The notes beneath the pieces are model-generated. The model was given only the letters and a program-made list of their open reading frames with translations, ran no database searches and was not told the DNA's origin. From Ascidiella aspersa (lineage: Eukaryota), in contig OZ004607.1 in the NCBI GenBank assembly GCA_963924565.1, forward strand, positions 27,962,001-28,026,000: a stretch of DNA of 64,000 bases, in the 5' to 3' direction. Position numbers and translations under genes: made by a program. Positions 40,501-55,500 of this stretch are shown here, in pieces. Positions within the stretch are counted from its first letter, which is position 1, and each line of letters opens with the position of its first letter.

Positions 40501-43500
40501 ATGACGCAACACCAGGAGTCGATGACGTCAAAGCCGACGTGGACGAAACAGCTGACGTCATAGGCTGAGACGAAGTGTGAACCACGCCGCTCGTGGTGGT
40601 ACTGGCACCAGACGAAGGTAGGGAAGTGGTTGCTGCTGGCGTACTCTGACCAGCTGAAGTGGTTTCGCCGGCCTGTGATGAAGTGGTTTCAACTGGTACT
40701 TTGGTGGTTACCACTGTTGTGCTGGCCGGTGGTGTGGGTGTGGTCGTTACGGCAACGGACTTCTGAGTGGTCGAGCTGGATCCGCTGCTGGTGCTGGTTG
40801 TTGCAACACCACCGATCGTGGTGGTAACGGTTTCCACTTTGGTCGTGGTGGGGGCGGATTCCTTCGTGGTTGTCACGGTCACGACTGGGCCATTCGTGGA
40901 AGAAACCTAAAGGTAAATGTATTTCATATTAGTTGCAACAACAAATAAACGCTATGTCCGATTTAGTAACCGAAATGTGATTTTTTTGAAATTATGCTAT
41001 TTGTTAAAAATACTGATTAGACCTTTTAAAATTTGGTAAACAAAAAACAAAGCTAAATTTGAATTCAATTTCAATTAGGCGAAAAACAAAAAAATTTAGG
41101 AACGATTAATGACGTCATGAGATAATGCTATTCATTTGACATCTTTCATGGCATATTGTAAGGACTGCCGTAGAACGGCAAATTCATCTAAAACAGTAAT
41201 GCTTTATTTTATGCTTTATACAATTTACAATGACCACTGTGCATTCGTTGTGGTCGGTCGGTCTCGCTTACCACGGTTGTGGGGGCAACGGTCGTGGTCA
41301 CTACTCCACCGCTGGTCGTGGTCGTCACAGTTTTCACCGTGGTCGTGCTGGAAGCCTGGCCGAAGCAACCGATGACGTCAGCGCGCAGCGACGGGGTCTC
41401 GCCGTCCCAGGTACGGGGAAGCACCCTCAGAGCTGTGACGTCAGGAATCGGTTCGGGCAGAGTCGAAACGACGACGGAAGTGTCATCGACGTTGGCCTCG
41501 AAAACCTAAACAGTAAGTTATACGTCATAACTGAGTACATAATAAAATGATCTATTTTGATATCTAGTAGTTTGGATAGCAATAGATATTTTTTTTAGTT
41601 TTCTGTAATCAAGGTCGAGTTCCCTTAAACTTGCCAGTTAAGCAACGATTCATTTTTTTTTTAATTTCATTCTGTTAAACAATAATTCAAACAAAACATT
41701 AAAACCTGTGGGCAAGCCTATTACCTATTTTTGTTATACGCTAAATAAAGATATTATTTACAAAAATACAGATTAAAACACACTTTAGGGCTGTGTAATT
41801 GCAAAAAACACATGGGATCGTTGTTGTAAATCATTGATTAAGGGGTCAACAAATCGTTAATACATTAAAAAAATACAATCAAAAATACCTTAGGCGAAGA
41901 TGTGTACTCGTCCAGGACAAACGACCAAGCACGTTGGGCACCCACTGGTTCGAGTGTGTACATGACGAAGTAGGAAGACGTCCATTTGTTATCTCCAATA
42001 CTACCCTGGGTCAGAACCTCCATAGCGGTAACCGGGGTGTCAAAGTCAATCTGCAAACAAGACACTTCAACATTAAAACCGGTTATCAACATAATAGAAT
42101 CTAACACGATAATATTATTCGAGAATCTCCAATCACTGTCCACAATAATCTCTAGCAAATTAAAACATTATCATCGGAAAACCAATCTTTACCCAGTTGA
42201 AATACACATGTAGGTGCTTTTCGGATAAGTAACATGTCCTAATAGCTAAGTGAAAAAAACTCTTAACCTGCAACCATGATGGATTATCGTCAGGAGTCGG
42301 GTTCCAAGCGTTCAGCGACGGCGTTATAAAGTCAGTTCCCTTCGTGGCAGCTGAAATGTCGATCTTGGCGTTGTGAGCCAATTCAGGGTTGCTGGAAGCA
42401 ACGTAGGCCGAACCAGGAACTGGGACGCCTGTTAGTTAGACGAGTTTAGATACCAATAGTACCAGAGGTAACAACTATATCACGGCTTCTATTTATCCTA
42501 AAGTTTATATTAGTAGTCATTCTGTTGCTAGAGCATATGTTTGGTTTGCAATATTTGGGCAAAATTTTGATCAGATGTGCCACAGATGGACTACACAGCT
42601 TGATGACTACTGGATTGTAATCATCTTTAACCGAATCTTCTATTAAATGCGAATCATTTGTACGATAAACTAGTGAGTGTAATGTACGGAACAATCGGAA
42701 CATATTGCTGTATGCTTACCCTTGTACTGGGTCAGGATCGATACGTCCACGCACTCATCCGCAGGAGTGGTCGTTCCTTCAGTGCTGACAACTCTCACCG
42801 TGGTTGTTTCGCTCACTTTCTCGGTGGTTGTGACAGTGGTGTGTTCGCCTGTACCAGATGTGGTCGACACTGGTGCGCCACTCGAAGTGGTGCTCTGGCC
42901 GATGATTGGTGTTGTGGTGGAGATCTTAACCGTTGTCACTTCAACTCCGCTGGTTGTCGTGGTGGCTTCAGCTGGCCCAGTGCTGGTTGTTACTGGTTGC
43001 GATTCCGTAACTGGTGCACTTGTTTTGGTCACCTTTTCAGTCGTGGTTTCGACCACCGCCGGTCCACTGGTGGTGACATGAGATTGGCTGGTAGTCGATA
43101 CTGGTCCAGTGCTGCTAGACGTTGGTTGGCTGGTGCTAACAACTCCTGGTGCCGTGGTGGTAGTTACAGAAGCAGGACAACCGTGAAGTTCAACCCTGAG
43201 GCTGATTGCTGGTGTTTCTGGACTTAGGGGTTTGGTCGGGTAAATTCTAATCACTGTCAAGGTGACCTGCTTGCCAAGGAAGTTTTCGACTATGTTGGTG
43301 TCGTCAATGTTGGCAGGGAAAACCTAAAAAATGTCAAAAATTGTTTATTAGACATTTATTAAATTATTTCCATACTTTATCGACATGTACTTTAGCACTT
43401 TAAAAAGGCGAGTAAGATTACGTGGAATAGGATTAATTAAACGTTCTATGGGTAACGCTGTGTAGAGATTTCCCGATCAGCTGCAAAACATATACATCAC

Positions 43501-46500
43501 ATATCCAACCTTGGTCACTTCAACTCCGTCGACGACTTCGGTAAGGTCCTGTGGCGCTTCACCGGAGCTCGAAGTTTTAATTGTAAACTCGGGCACGAAC
43601 TCTCCGTTCTCACCGCCCTGGGTTAGGATCGATGTGATCACAACTGGGGCCTGGAATCGAATTTCGAGGAACGGCTCTTCGTCAACATCTAGCGGCGACC
43701 ACGACTCGGGCTGATCGTCCACTAGGGTCGACAATCTCGCCTTGAAAGACTCACGGCCCGGCTTCTGACTTGAAGCGTTGATGTCCGAGTCGGGAATTTC
43801 GCGATTCTGCATTCCCATTTTCTCGTCGCAAATTTCTGAAAAGCAATAACAATATTGCGCCATTTATATTACAAAAAGCAAACCGTTAGACATCCGAGAT
43901 TTTTTTCTCTAATTAACCAAAAGAAAGTAAAGAAGTAAATTGTAAATGTATAGTGGCTCATTCTTCCCATTGGCGAAAAGAAGGCTGGGAATGCCTGAAG
44001 TGTCAGTAATGTTCAGACCCAGTCTCAGGACAACCATTCTCCTAAAAGGAGACGGTACCTCCACTTGGAGGTAGGGCCAGAGTTGAAATGCGCATCGGCA
44101 GAAGGTCAACATTTTCGCCTTTTTGGTTTTGGTGTAGATAATGTAAGTGTCAGTGATTAATAGTTTAGTATTTATACTGCCAAAAAAACAGTGCTACCCA
44201 GGAAAAAAATGGCAGGACACCACTCCACAGTTATCCGGTTAAAGACCACCGTCCGTTAGACATCCGAGCCCATTTTCAGGGTAGATGGCAGTTACTACCC
44301 GATTTTGACCCATTTATTTCTCTTACCTGGCAAAACAACTTCGGTTGTTGTGACTATGCTGGTGGTCGTGGTGACCAGGGTTGGTTTGGACGTAGATGTT
44401 TCTTGTACCTCTTCGGTGGTACTGGACACACTGCTGGTTGTCACGACACCGCTGCCGGTGGTGCTGGTAGCAGATGGACCAGATGTGGTGACCACTGGTT
44501 CAGAGCTGGTTGCCACTGGCCCAGATGTTGTTTCGCTCGTCGTGACTCCCTCGGGTTTCGTTGTAGTCAAATGACCAGCCGAAGTGGTGCTAACACTCGC
44601 TGGTGATGACGTGGTTGGTCTGACACCAGCAGTAGTTGTTGTTTCGGACGGGATACTCACAGTGGAAATTACCGACGAACTGGTCGACGTTGCCACACCA
44701 GAAGTGCTGGTTACACTCTTGCTGGTAGTCTCGCCGCCAGGAGACGAAGTGGTAACCACCGCAACGGTAGTGGTTGGCTCGGTGCTTCGGGTGGTTGTAA
44801 CTTCGACGGGAACTGATGACGACGGTGTGCTGGTTGTTTCGGAAGGTTGTCCAGTGGTGGTGGACACTCCTGGAGCACTGGTTGTAATGCTCGAAGTGCT
44901 GGTTGCAACACCACCAGCAGATGTTGTCGTCACTCCTGCAGAAGCCGAAGTCGTCTGTTCCGGACCTTCTGTGCTCACGATTGGTTTCTTTGTCGTGGTC
45001 ACCACCTCTGTGGTCGTTTCAGTCGCCACTGTTGTAGTGGTAGCTTCAATCTCCTTGAAGCAGCCACGGAGCTCGAATCTCAAAGCCGGTTTGTTGTTCT
45101 TGTTCCAACGTGTGGGGATCAATCGAATGGAAGTTAGCAGGGTAGGTTTGGACAAACGGCTAACCGCCACCGAAGTGTCGTCGTCGTTTCCTGCAAACAC
45201 AGCCTGTCCGTCCGAACTCTTAGCAGTTGACCATTCGTCGGACGAGTCGAGCTTGTACTCGACTGTGTAGTCAGTAACAAACTCGGACGTGCTCTCACCG
45301 GCACCTTGAGTGACAACCGAGAAGACGTACAAGGGCTTCACGAAGTCGACTTCGATCCACGCACCGTCCTCGTCGCTAACATCTTCCGCGGTTGGAATCC
45401 AGGATTCGGGAGCGTTTAGTCCTCCAGCTCCATTTTGTGGCGTATTGCTTGAAGCAGTGATGGTCGGCTCGTCAATCACCTTAACGGCTCCCCATTCCAA
45501 TCCCATGTTTTCGTCGCAAATCTTCGTGGGTGGCTCGGTGGAGGACGTTGTGGTCGCTTCGCCTTCCAAAGTGGTGGTCTCCGTTGCTTTTGTAGTTGTC
45601 ACGACCACTGAAGAGGTCGCGGGCGCAGAACTGGACGCTACAACTGGAGTGGTTTTCTCTGTGACGACAGTGGTGGTTTCTTTGGTGGATACGACTGACG
45701 GGCTTGTGGTGGACGAGCCAACAGTTGTGGTCTCACCGGCAGGAAGTGTGGTCTTTACCGTGGTTTCAACTGTTGTTTCAACCACCACGGGGGTTGTGGA
45801 CGGCTCTACGCAACCGATTAATTCCACTCGCAAGCTCAGGGGTGTGTCTGGTGTTGGGCGAACGACGTAGATGCGGATCACGGTGACGTCGATTGGCTCG
45901 ACCGTGTTCTCAGTCACGCTGCTGTCGTCCACGTTGCCTCGGAAAACTTTAGGCACGTGCTCGTACACGTTTCCGTAGGGAGTCTCCATCTCAACGATCT
46001 CGGTGATGTCAGTCAACTCCGACTCGTCGTTCGGCGAGTACTTGATCTTGTACTCGGGCACGAATTCTCCGTTCTCACCACCCGTTGTGCGAATTCCGGT
46101 TATCTTTACTAAGGTGGGGAAGCGAATCTCCAAATAGGGCTCCTCATCGCTGTCTTCGGGCGACCAAGAGGACGTGGTGTCATCTTGTGGATTCGGAATA
46201 AGTCTGCCCTTTTCTGCCTCACTTCCTGGTTTCTCGGAACTCGCGGTGATAGCATCGTCGGGAATTTCTCGGCTCTTCATTCCCATTTCCTCGTCGCACA
46301 ATGCTGAAAACAAAACCCAAATGAATATTAGCAAAATATAACACAGTTAAAATACACTACAGCACTTCAAATTTATCACGGAAACATTTCGGAACTTACC
46401 ACAAAAAATAATATTATGAGCTATATACCTTTCGTTGTCTGCTCAACAGTGACCACTTTACTGGTACTTGTTGAAACGAAGGCCGTTGTTGACGAGCTTG

Positions 46501-49500
46501 ATGCACTGGTTGTCACAGCTGGTCCTTTTGTGGTGGTTTCAGCACCAGTAGTTGTGGTTTCGCCAATGGCCATCGTGGTCGTAAACGAACTGGAGGTGGT
46601 GCTTTGACCAGATGGCGATGTTTCAACACCAGTTCCAAGTGTAGTTGTAGTTAGAGCAGCACCAGGGGTGGTTGTTTGGCCGGATGGTGTAGTCTCCACA
46701 CCAGTTTCTTGTGTAGTTGTAGTTATACCAATACCTGGGGTGGTTGTTTGGCCAGATGGTGTAGTCTCCACACCAGTTCCTTGTGTAGTTGTAGTTATAC
46801 CAACACCTGGGGTGGTTGTTTGGCCAGATGGTGTAGTCTCAACACCAGTTCCTTGTGTAGTTGTAGTCATACCAACACCAGGGGTGGTTGTTTTTCCAGA
46901 TGGTGTAGTTTCAACACCAGTTTCAGTGGTAGTGGTGGTCTGAACTCCACCAGGTGTTGTTTGCTGGCCGGCTGATGTAGTTTCATAAGCAGGAGTAGTT
47001 GTTTCCGCTCCGGTTGGTGGAGGAGTTGGTGGCGGTGGTGGCGGTGTGGTTGTATGGGATCCTTTTGTGGTAGTTTCGGAACCAGTTGGCGTGGTTGTTT
47101 CAAGAGAGTTAAGGGATGTAGTCGATACAAATACTTCCGAAGTGGTCGGAATCACTTTAACGGTGGTGGTGGAAACAACTGGTGGCACTGAAGAAGTCAC
47201 GCCAGAAGAGAAGGTGGTTGTCGTTCCACCTGTTTGTTTGGTTGTCTCACCTGACGGGTGGCTAGTGGTTCCTTCAGAACCGGTAATGGTAGTTTCAACC
47301 GATTTGCTAGTTGTCACACCTGATAGAGTTGTGGTATCGACGGGTTTTTCAGTGCTGGAGACAGCGGATTTAGTAGTTGTTTCCGATCCAGGAGCGCTAG
47401 TGTTAACACCTGATGACACGGTGGTTTCATGTGAAGGATTAGTGGTTTCAAATCCAGGGGTTGTCGTAGTGTCATGTGCTGCACGAGTAGTCGTAGCTGG
47501 TACTTCGGTAGTAGTAACTATTTCCGTGCTGGTGCTCTTGACAGTAGTGGAAGTGAGGATCTTAAAGCAACCACGAACTTCTATGCGCAACGCAGGCTTC
47601 ACGCTCCACACTACGGGGAGGATTTTAAGCGCGGTAACACGTTCGATTGGCTGGGAAAATTCAACCTGCACAACACTTGTGTCATCTTCGTTGGCATCAA
47701 ACACAGTAGGCGTTGCACCGTCGTCAGTTATCGGACTCCAAGTATTGCCACCATCCGTTGAATACTGTACATCGATTGCCTGCACGTATTCATTAGATTT
47801 GCCAGCTCCTTGCGTCATTATAGACGTTACAATAATTGGGTGTTCAAAGGTAACATAAAGCGATGGGTTTGTGTCATCTTCTGTTGGCTTCCATGCAACT
47901 GGCTCGCCGTTTTCGTTCACATTATTAAGGCGTGCTTGTTCAGCCAATTCGCCATTACTGGAAGCAGAAATGGTTGGATTCAAAATGGTGTTTTCTAATC
48001 CGTACTCGAGACCCATTGCGTCGTCGCATATCTTGTGCGCCTCGGCAGTTGTGGTTGTAACGGATGGTGGAATCGTCTCGGTGATTAGTGTTGGGCCAGT
48101 GGTGGTCGTCACCGCTTCTGAGCTGGACACTATCACTGGTGTCGTGGTTTCGCTCTCCGTGATTGTGGTTGTGGTTACGACCTTTTTACCAGTGGTGGTC
48201 TCGGGAAACTCACTGGTCGTTGGGGTCACGATCTTTGTGACTGTCGTTGTTGTCTGCTTCACTGTGGTGACAGGTTCGCTCGATGATTGGTGAGGCACAG
48301 TAGTTGTTGTCGTTCCAATGACCGAACCAGATGTGGTTGTTTGACTTGCGGGAGCACTTGTTGTGGTTTGGCTACCTTGTCCAGAGGTGGTCACTTCACC
48401 AGAAGGACCGGTTGTTGGAGTTTGGCTATCTGGACCAGAGGTGGTAATTTCGCCAGATGGACCAGTTGTGGTAGTTTGACTAGCTGGACCAGTTGTGGTA
48501 ATTTCACCAGATCGACCAGTTGTGGTAGTTTGACTAGCTGGACCAGAGGTGGTAATTTCACCAGATGGACCAGTTGTGGTAGTTTCACCAGACGGAACAG
48601 TTGTGGTAACTTCACCAGATGGACCAGTTGTGGTAGTTTGGCTAGCTGGGCCAGAGGTGGTAACTTCACCAGACGGACCAGTTGTGGTAGTTTGGCTAGC
48701 TGGACCGGAGGTGGTAGTTTGGCCAGCAGAGCTTGAAGTAGTGCTGGAGCTCACAGGCACTGTTACGGTTACAACAGTCTGTGTTGTGGTTTCGACCACT
48801 GCCGGAACTGTTGTGGTCACTCCTTCCTTCAAGCAGCCTCTCACTTCAACCTGAAGACTCAAGGGAGTCTCAGGTTCTGGACGTTTCGGATAGATGCGGA
48901 CAATGCGAGCCACAACTGGTTCGTCGAGAGGGTGACGCACCACCGTGGTGTCATCATAGTTACCAGTGAATACACGCGGCAAGACTTCCTCTCCATCGCG
49001 AGTCGTTTCCGTTACCGATATCTCAACAAGATCACTCTCGTCGGCGGGAGAAGTCTTGACTGTAAATTCGGGAACAAACTCCCCGTTTTCTCCTCCTTTT
49101 GTAACAAGGGAAGTTATCTTGACAACTCCCGGGAAGCGAATCTCTATGTACGGCTCCATGTCGCCATCTAGCGGCGACCATGATGTCGGTTTCTCGCCGG
49201 CAGGTGTTTCCTTGAGCACGACGTTATGCGCTTCACTTTCAGGCTTGGACGATGAAGCCACGATGCTTTCGGTTCCGGAAACGGTATCTTCAACCGGCAT
49301 TGGTTCGTCACAAATTTCTTGATGAAAAAAACGTCACTATTTTTTTAAGTTTTTTCTTACAGTTTTTATACTTCTGTTTAAATTAAATTGTATTTTATAC
49401 CGAGCGTCCTTTTTAAATTATAAAATCGAACTATTTTGTTTTAACTGTTATAAAACTAACAACAACCCTTACAAAGAGTTGTTATGTTATAGTTCCTTAT

Positions 49501-52500
49501 AAAACAAAAGGTTTGTTAGTCGACGACTAAATTTACTTTGCAAAAATGCATAAATACCAAAGGATTTAAAATAGGCAAACAAAGGTGTTAATAAGGCGTC
49601 CAATTACCGACGGTGGTGAGTTCGGTTGTCTTGGCAACAGAAACGGTCGTTGTGACGTGCTCTTGTGATGACGTCGTTTCGGTTTGAGTGACTGGCGTCG
49701 TCGTGTGCGCAACGCCACCACCTGTGCAATGAACACACATGTTCAGGACAATAATAAAATAATGTAACCTGCGTTTGTTAATTAACATTGAGGTTATGTT
49801 TAAACCCGATGGTTATTCTTTTTCATAAGGTTATTCATGTTACCATATTTATTTACAACCATAAATTCAACTCACAATTATTTACGGTTCCTATTAAAAC
49901 GTGTTTTTTTGTTTTACACCCAAAACAACAAAATGTCAAATAAACTTTTAAATTAAAAATAACTAACTTGTTGTTGTTGTCATAGAAGCTGGTGTTGTGG
50001 TCTCTACTGCTTCACTAGCAGTTGTTGTCGGGACCATCTTTATGGTCGTGGTGGAAACAACTGGTGCGGAGCTGGTTGTTTGACCAGTAGCGCTTGTAGT
50101 GCTGACAACTGCCTTAGAAGTGGTAGACTCACCGGCGGGACCAGTGCTGGTAACAACCACACTGCTGGTTGGCGATGTTTCGATGGTCGTGGTGGTTTCA
50201 ACCGTGGTGAAACCTTCCGGTGTGGTAGTTTCCTCCTGAAAAAAAAAGAAATTTGCATTAAGTAGTGGACTATAACTTTTAACCGCCCCTCGCTACAACA
50301 ATAATTTTTATGAATATATAGTTCAAATACGTCCATTATTATGGAATCCGAAATCAACAGTGTTTAACTTGTCGATTACTCTTCACTGAAGCAAATACTT
50401 TATAAAAAGTGAAACTAGTTTGAAAAACGAGTAATATGCACGATCGAAGACAAACGTCTGATCTGGTGTCCTGGAGTTGCCAATTTAAATAAATTGATAC
50501 TCAACAATATACAGCGATGGAGTTAAACCTTGGCGGCACTTAGTGTTGGCTGCTATCGCAATGCAGCAGTGGAGTAAGTCTCAAGACATTCAGCAAATTA
50601 GGAAAATTCCTGACGGCTAATCTAATAGTTTGGTAGATGACACGTATTACGTTCCTGTTTATGTAAAAAGACGATCAATTTAACACACATACTTTAACTA
50701 CACCCCTATAGTCAGGGTTAACACCTACTAACCCCCAAAAAATAAGCATGCTGCAATGAAGTAGTGAGTTTACCACAAATAATTATTTCCAGGATTTTTG
50801 TTCGAGGGGCATGAAAATTTCCTGAAATAACGTTATGTCATAACGTTACGGAATATAACATTTAATTTTGAAACGCCTGCTGTTCTCGTGCTAAATTATG
50901 CATCTGAAAACAAGAAAAAAATCGTTGATTTAGCCATAGAACACGGTAAGATATACTAATTTCTAATTAATGTTGAAAACAAGTTGAATTTTTCACCCTC
51001 TAGCCAAAATTGATGACAAACATTCTTGGAAACTAAAATAACGCGAACTAAGCAAACAACTCAAAAATAAGCACGTTTCGTACCCTGCCTAGTCAAAAAC
51101 TCTAAATATTTCAATGGTTTCTCACCACAGGCGTCTCTGTGGTGGTGACAACTCCCTTGCTGGTGGTCGTTTCCACGGTTGTCACGGCAATCTCCTTGTA
51201 GCATCCGAGAAGATCGACGCGGAGCAAGATGTTCTTGTGCCAGGCCATTGGAACGATTCGGACGGAAACAGCCTCCAACGGGAATGGAAGTTCAACCTGA
51301 TCAGTGTACAAATATGGTTTATTGAATATTTTTCTGTAAAAACAAAATTTCTGAACTTGATTTGTGGTCCAACGCATCATTGGTATAAAACGTGTTTTTC
51401 AGTAAAAAAACGTTTTGTATTTTTTAAAATAAAATATCATGCTGATAACCAATGATGGACTTACAAGCTGAGAAAATGTCGGACTCGGGAAAAGAGACTC
51501 AAGTAAGACTACGTAAAACTATCTGACGTGCGCATGCGCATTCCTAAATTTCGAAATTGATAAGGCGGCTGTAAATTGTAAAGGCAGAATATCATATGGA
51601 TATTCTTTAAACATGTATTGTGGGTGGATCAATTTGTCACCCCTATGAGTGGATTGCTTAACATCCACGTTACTTTAATGACGTAAATAATTGAAATTTA
51701 GGCTGTAGAGTCAGAAGGACACGGGACTCGATAAAATCGCACATTTAGCCGGAGTCGGACTCGGATTAAATTTTTAACTCGTATTCGGACTCAGGGTATT
51801 TTAAACCGACTCCGCGGCCCTGGTACTACCGTTTTTTGCAAAAACCTTCCTCAGCTTCAAAGATCAACCCCAATCAAAACGACAAGGCCGCAAACGCAAA
51901 AAAATAAAAAATAAAGTATCCAGCACCTTCTTCACGGAAGCGCCGTCAGAGCTGCCGCCGAACACGAGGGGGTTTCCCTCCGTGGTGAGCCCGTTCTCGT
52001 CCACTCTCCTGAAATCCTGGCCGTCCTTGCTGGCCTCGACCGCGAACTTGGTGACCCAGCCCTGGTCGCCACCGCCCTGGATAAGCACGTCACTGATGAC
52101 CACTGGCTGGACGAAGGTGATCTGATAATATAACAGTTGGGTTAGCAAAGGCGGTACAATAGCTTTATTAATTGGGTGCTCTATTTGGAAAATAAAACGG
52201 AGGTACAGGGTAGGCATCGGTGTTGTAATGACTTAAGTCAGTGACTTAAGTTATTTTATTGACTTGACACTGTTTTTAAATGGCTTGACTTAAGTCATTT
52301 AAGTAAAATGACATAAAATGAGGTGTTCCCATTGAGCAATATTTAAACAAAATGAGTCATTTATCATAAATTGTTCCACACCAATTTACTTGCAATATGT
52401 TGTGTTTTTGCTATTTTTTTGTTGAATTATTGCTCTATCGTCAGACGACTTTACCAATTTGAATAGTTTTAATTTTATCACAAGACTTGACTTGGAGTTG

Positions 52501-55500
52501 ACTTGCTCTAAATATGAATTGACGGGGACTTGACTTGCGCAACTGATGAGATGGATTGGGACTTAGGAAGCTTTTTTAGGAAAAAAAACAAGAAATCCGC
52601 TATGTGACATAAAACGTTTATTGAATAAAATTGGTCACCTACCCTGGGAAAAAATATGTGTCTGTGCTGACAAACCAAATATCAGAAGGCAGCCATTCCT
52701 TATGTCCAATTCCAGTTAGTTAATCCAGCAAGCTAAAGTTATTCGAACATTTGAATATAACGGTAACCTGACATTTCTTATAATCTTCCAAAGGGCTTAT
52801 ATTTAAGGACTGTTCTTAGGGTGTGTGATTAAGTAATTAAGTTTTATTTGCCAAGCAAAAAGATAAGCACAAATGAACAAACTGTCGACGGCAAAGCAAA
52901 ACTGCATCATCAAAATGGTTGGCACAGCGAGGGACCTAATAAGACCTTCAAGTCAGCTATGCCGTTTAGATTTTAGGTATTTATGGCAGAAAAGAAATAT
53001 GAAAATACCCAATTTAGTATAGTATTCAAACAGTTTCAATATAGTTTTGTAACGGATAACAAGTTTCAACGAGTAACAATGTTTTAAATATGAATAAGAG
53101 CCAGAATTTTCTTCCGAGTACGGACGATGCCTGAGTTACAACTAAGAATAACCTTCTTAGATGTTTATATGCGCATGAGGAGTAAACTTAGACAGTTAAA
53201 ACGGAATGTTACCTCCAAGTATTGCGACGCCATGTTGACGGAAGGTGCCCAAGCCAACGGTGAGTTGTCCTCGTCCTTGCTGTTTAGCCGTCCGTAGTCG
53301 GGGGAAATACCAGCCTTGACACTCGAAGCGCTCAGCTCCGCAGCGCCGATGGTGTTCGAAGCGTCGACGTCCAAACCCATCTCATGACGACACACTTCGG
53401 GCGTCGTCTCGGCGACAGTGGTAGTGGTTATTTCCACAACTAAAACGCATTCAAACAAATTAAATTTCTGTTTTGCTACGCAATGGTAATATAAGAAGCA
53501 AGGACTTAATTTGCGGAAGAGGCTACCCCTTTTATTTTCCAAGTTGAACCGCCGCACAGGCATGTTTATCAAGGATCAACCTTACCAAAAAGTTAATGGA
53601 AAATATGTTGATCCAAATTACCCCATAAATAACTTGGGAAAGGTTCGCCTTGAAGATTAACTGTCTCACAAAAATGTCACGTTTAATTAAGTATATAACT
53701 ACGAATACAATGCATATAATATGGCCAAAATGCGTATTTTGTCAATATACCTTGTTTGCTGCATTCGTGGTTATCAGCAACAATGTTTGTTTACAGACCG
53801 TAATGGTAAAGCCGATTTGGTATTTAACAAATACTGGTATTTGTGTTAACTCAGGCATTTTACACGTGTATCAGAATTTGATGTGACATAGATATTAAAT
53901 TCTAACCTTTAGTAGTTGTTTCGACAGTGGTCACTGGCGATTTCGTGGTGGTCACTTCGCCTTCCGCGGCGGTTGTGGTAATTTCACCGGACGGAGTGGT
54001 TGTGGTAATTTCACCGGCTGGAGTTGTTGTGGTAATTTCACCGGCTGGAGTGGTTGTACTGGAAAGGGGCGTGGACTTGACAACCTCCTTTGTGGTGGTT
54101 TCGACGCTTCGCGATGTTGTAGTTCCTAAATAGTCGAAAAAATCGTATATGGTGTCTGGTTTGGGTGTGACAAGCCGTTGTTTTCCTGTAGGCTACTCAC
54201 TACCATATATCAACTTGACTTATGAAAGCAAAGAAAAAATATTTCTTGAAAGTTTAACGGTTTGAAAAAAACAAACAATGGACATATATTTACAACACAG
54301 TGCTGAATTTATGTCAAACCACATCCATGAACTCACCAGCAGCCGATGTAGTTATTGTTGGCTCGGTTGTCTTCACCACTGTTTCAGTGGTGGTTGTAAC
54401 CAAATGAGGTTTGGTCGTGGTTTCGGCAACCTCCCCGGTGGTAGTTTGTGGTTGAGTTGCGGCAGTTGTGGTTGTTTCTTCGGCTTTACCGCAACCGTGG
54501 ACCTCGATGCGGAGGCTGATCTTTTGATCCTGAGGAACAACGGGGAAGACGCGAATCCTCTTCACAAGGATTGGAGAAGGTAAGCGGTGCTTGACAATCG
54601 TGTGGTCGTCATTGTTGCCTGTACAAAAAATGCATTTAGCATTAAGTTTGACAACATGAATTTGGCAATCAAAAGCTACTTTACAAATACATGGTGCGAC
54701 TAAAAATTTCCTATATGTTTTTCTTTGTATTTATTAATTTTAAATAGAATTCGGAAACAAATTTAATTGTTAATTTAACTAAAGGAGTTACCAGGTCGTT
54801 TGCACAAACCGTTGAATCGCAAGTAAATAAGTAAGTAATGTTTATTTTTCTGTTGGCGCTGATATCAAAATACACAAGTAGGCTATGACAAGAAACAAAT
54901 TCATGCGCGATACGGACGGAGCAGCGATGGGTCTAATGGACCTTCCAATCAGCTACACGGTAAAGGTAAAATGAATCTAACTTGAAATAAGGCAAAACTT
55001 TTTAACAAATAAGTAAATAGACCACATAAAAAAGTGAATACACATAGGTTAAACGATGTGAAAAAAACAATGAACGTTGTGAATAAGCGTCTGTTTAAAA
55101 GGCACAACATTAGGCAAATCTTATAAGACCAGGTTATTCGTGACAGTCTTTTTAATCCTAATATTTTACCTTCAAAGATGACAGGTTCAACAGCAACAGC
55201 TCCATCCACTTCACGCGATTCCTCCACCATCTTGATTCCATCCTTGTCGGCGAATTCCAACTTGAAGCTGCCAACGAAACCTCCGTCCTCGCCTCCCTGG
55301 GTGGACACAGCAGTAATCTCGGTCATCTCCAAGAAAGACACTTCCAAATAAGGAGCGTCGTCTCCCTCATTGGGCGACCACGACAGCGGTGTGACGTCAT
55401 CGGCAGTGGGTTGGGAACGTACTCGGCCGTACTCAGGACTTCTCTCAGGCAAGTATGACGAAGCCCAGATTAAGGTGTCTTCGATTTTTCCCGATTCCAT

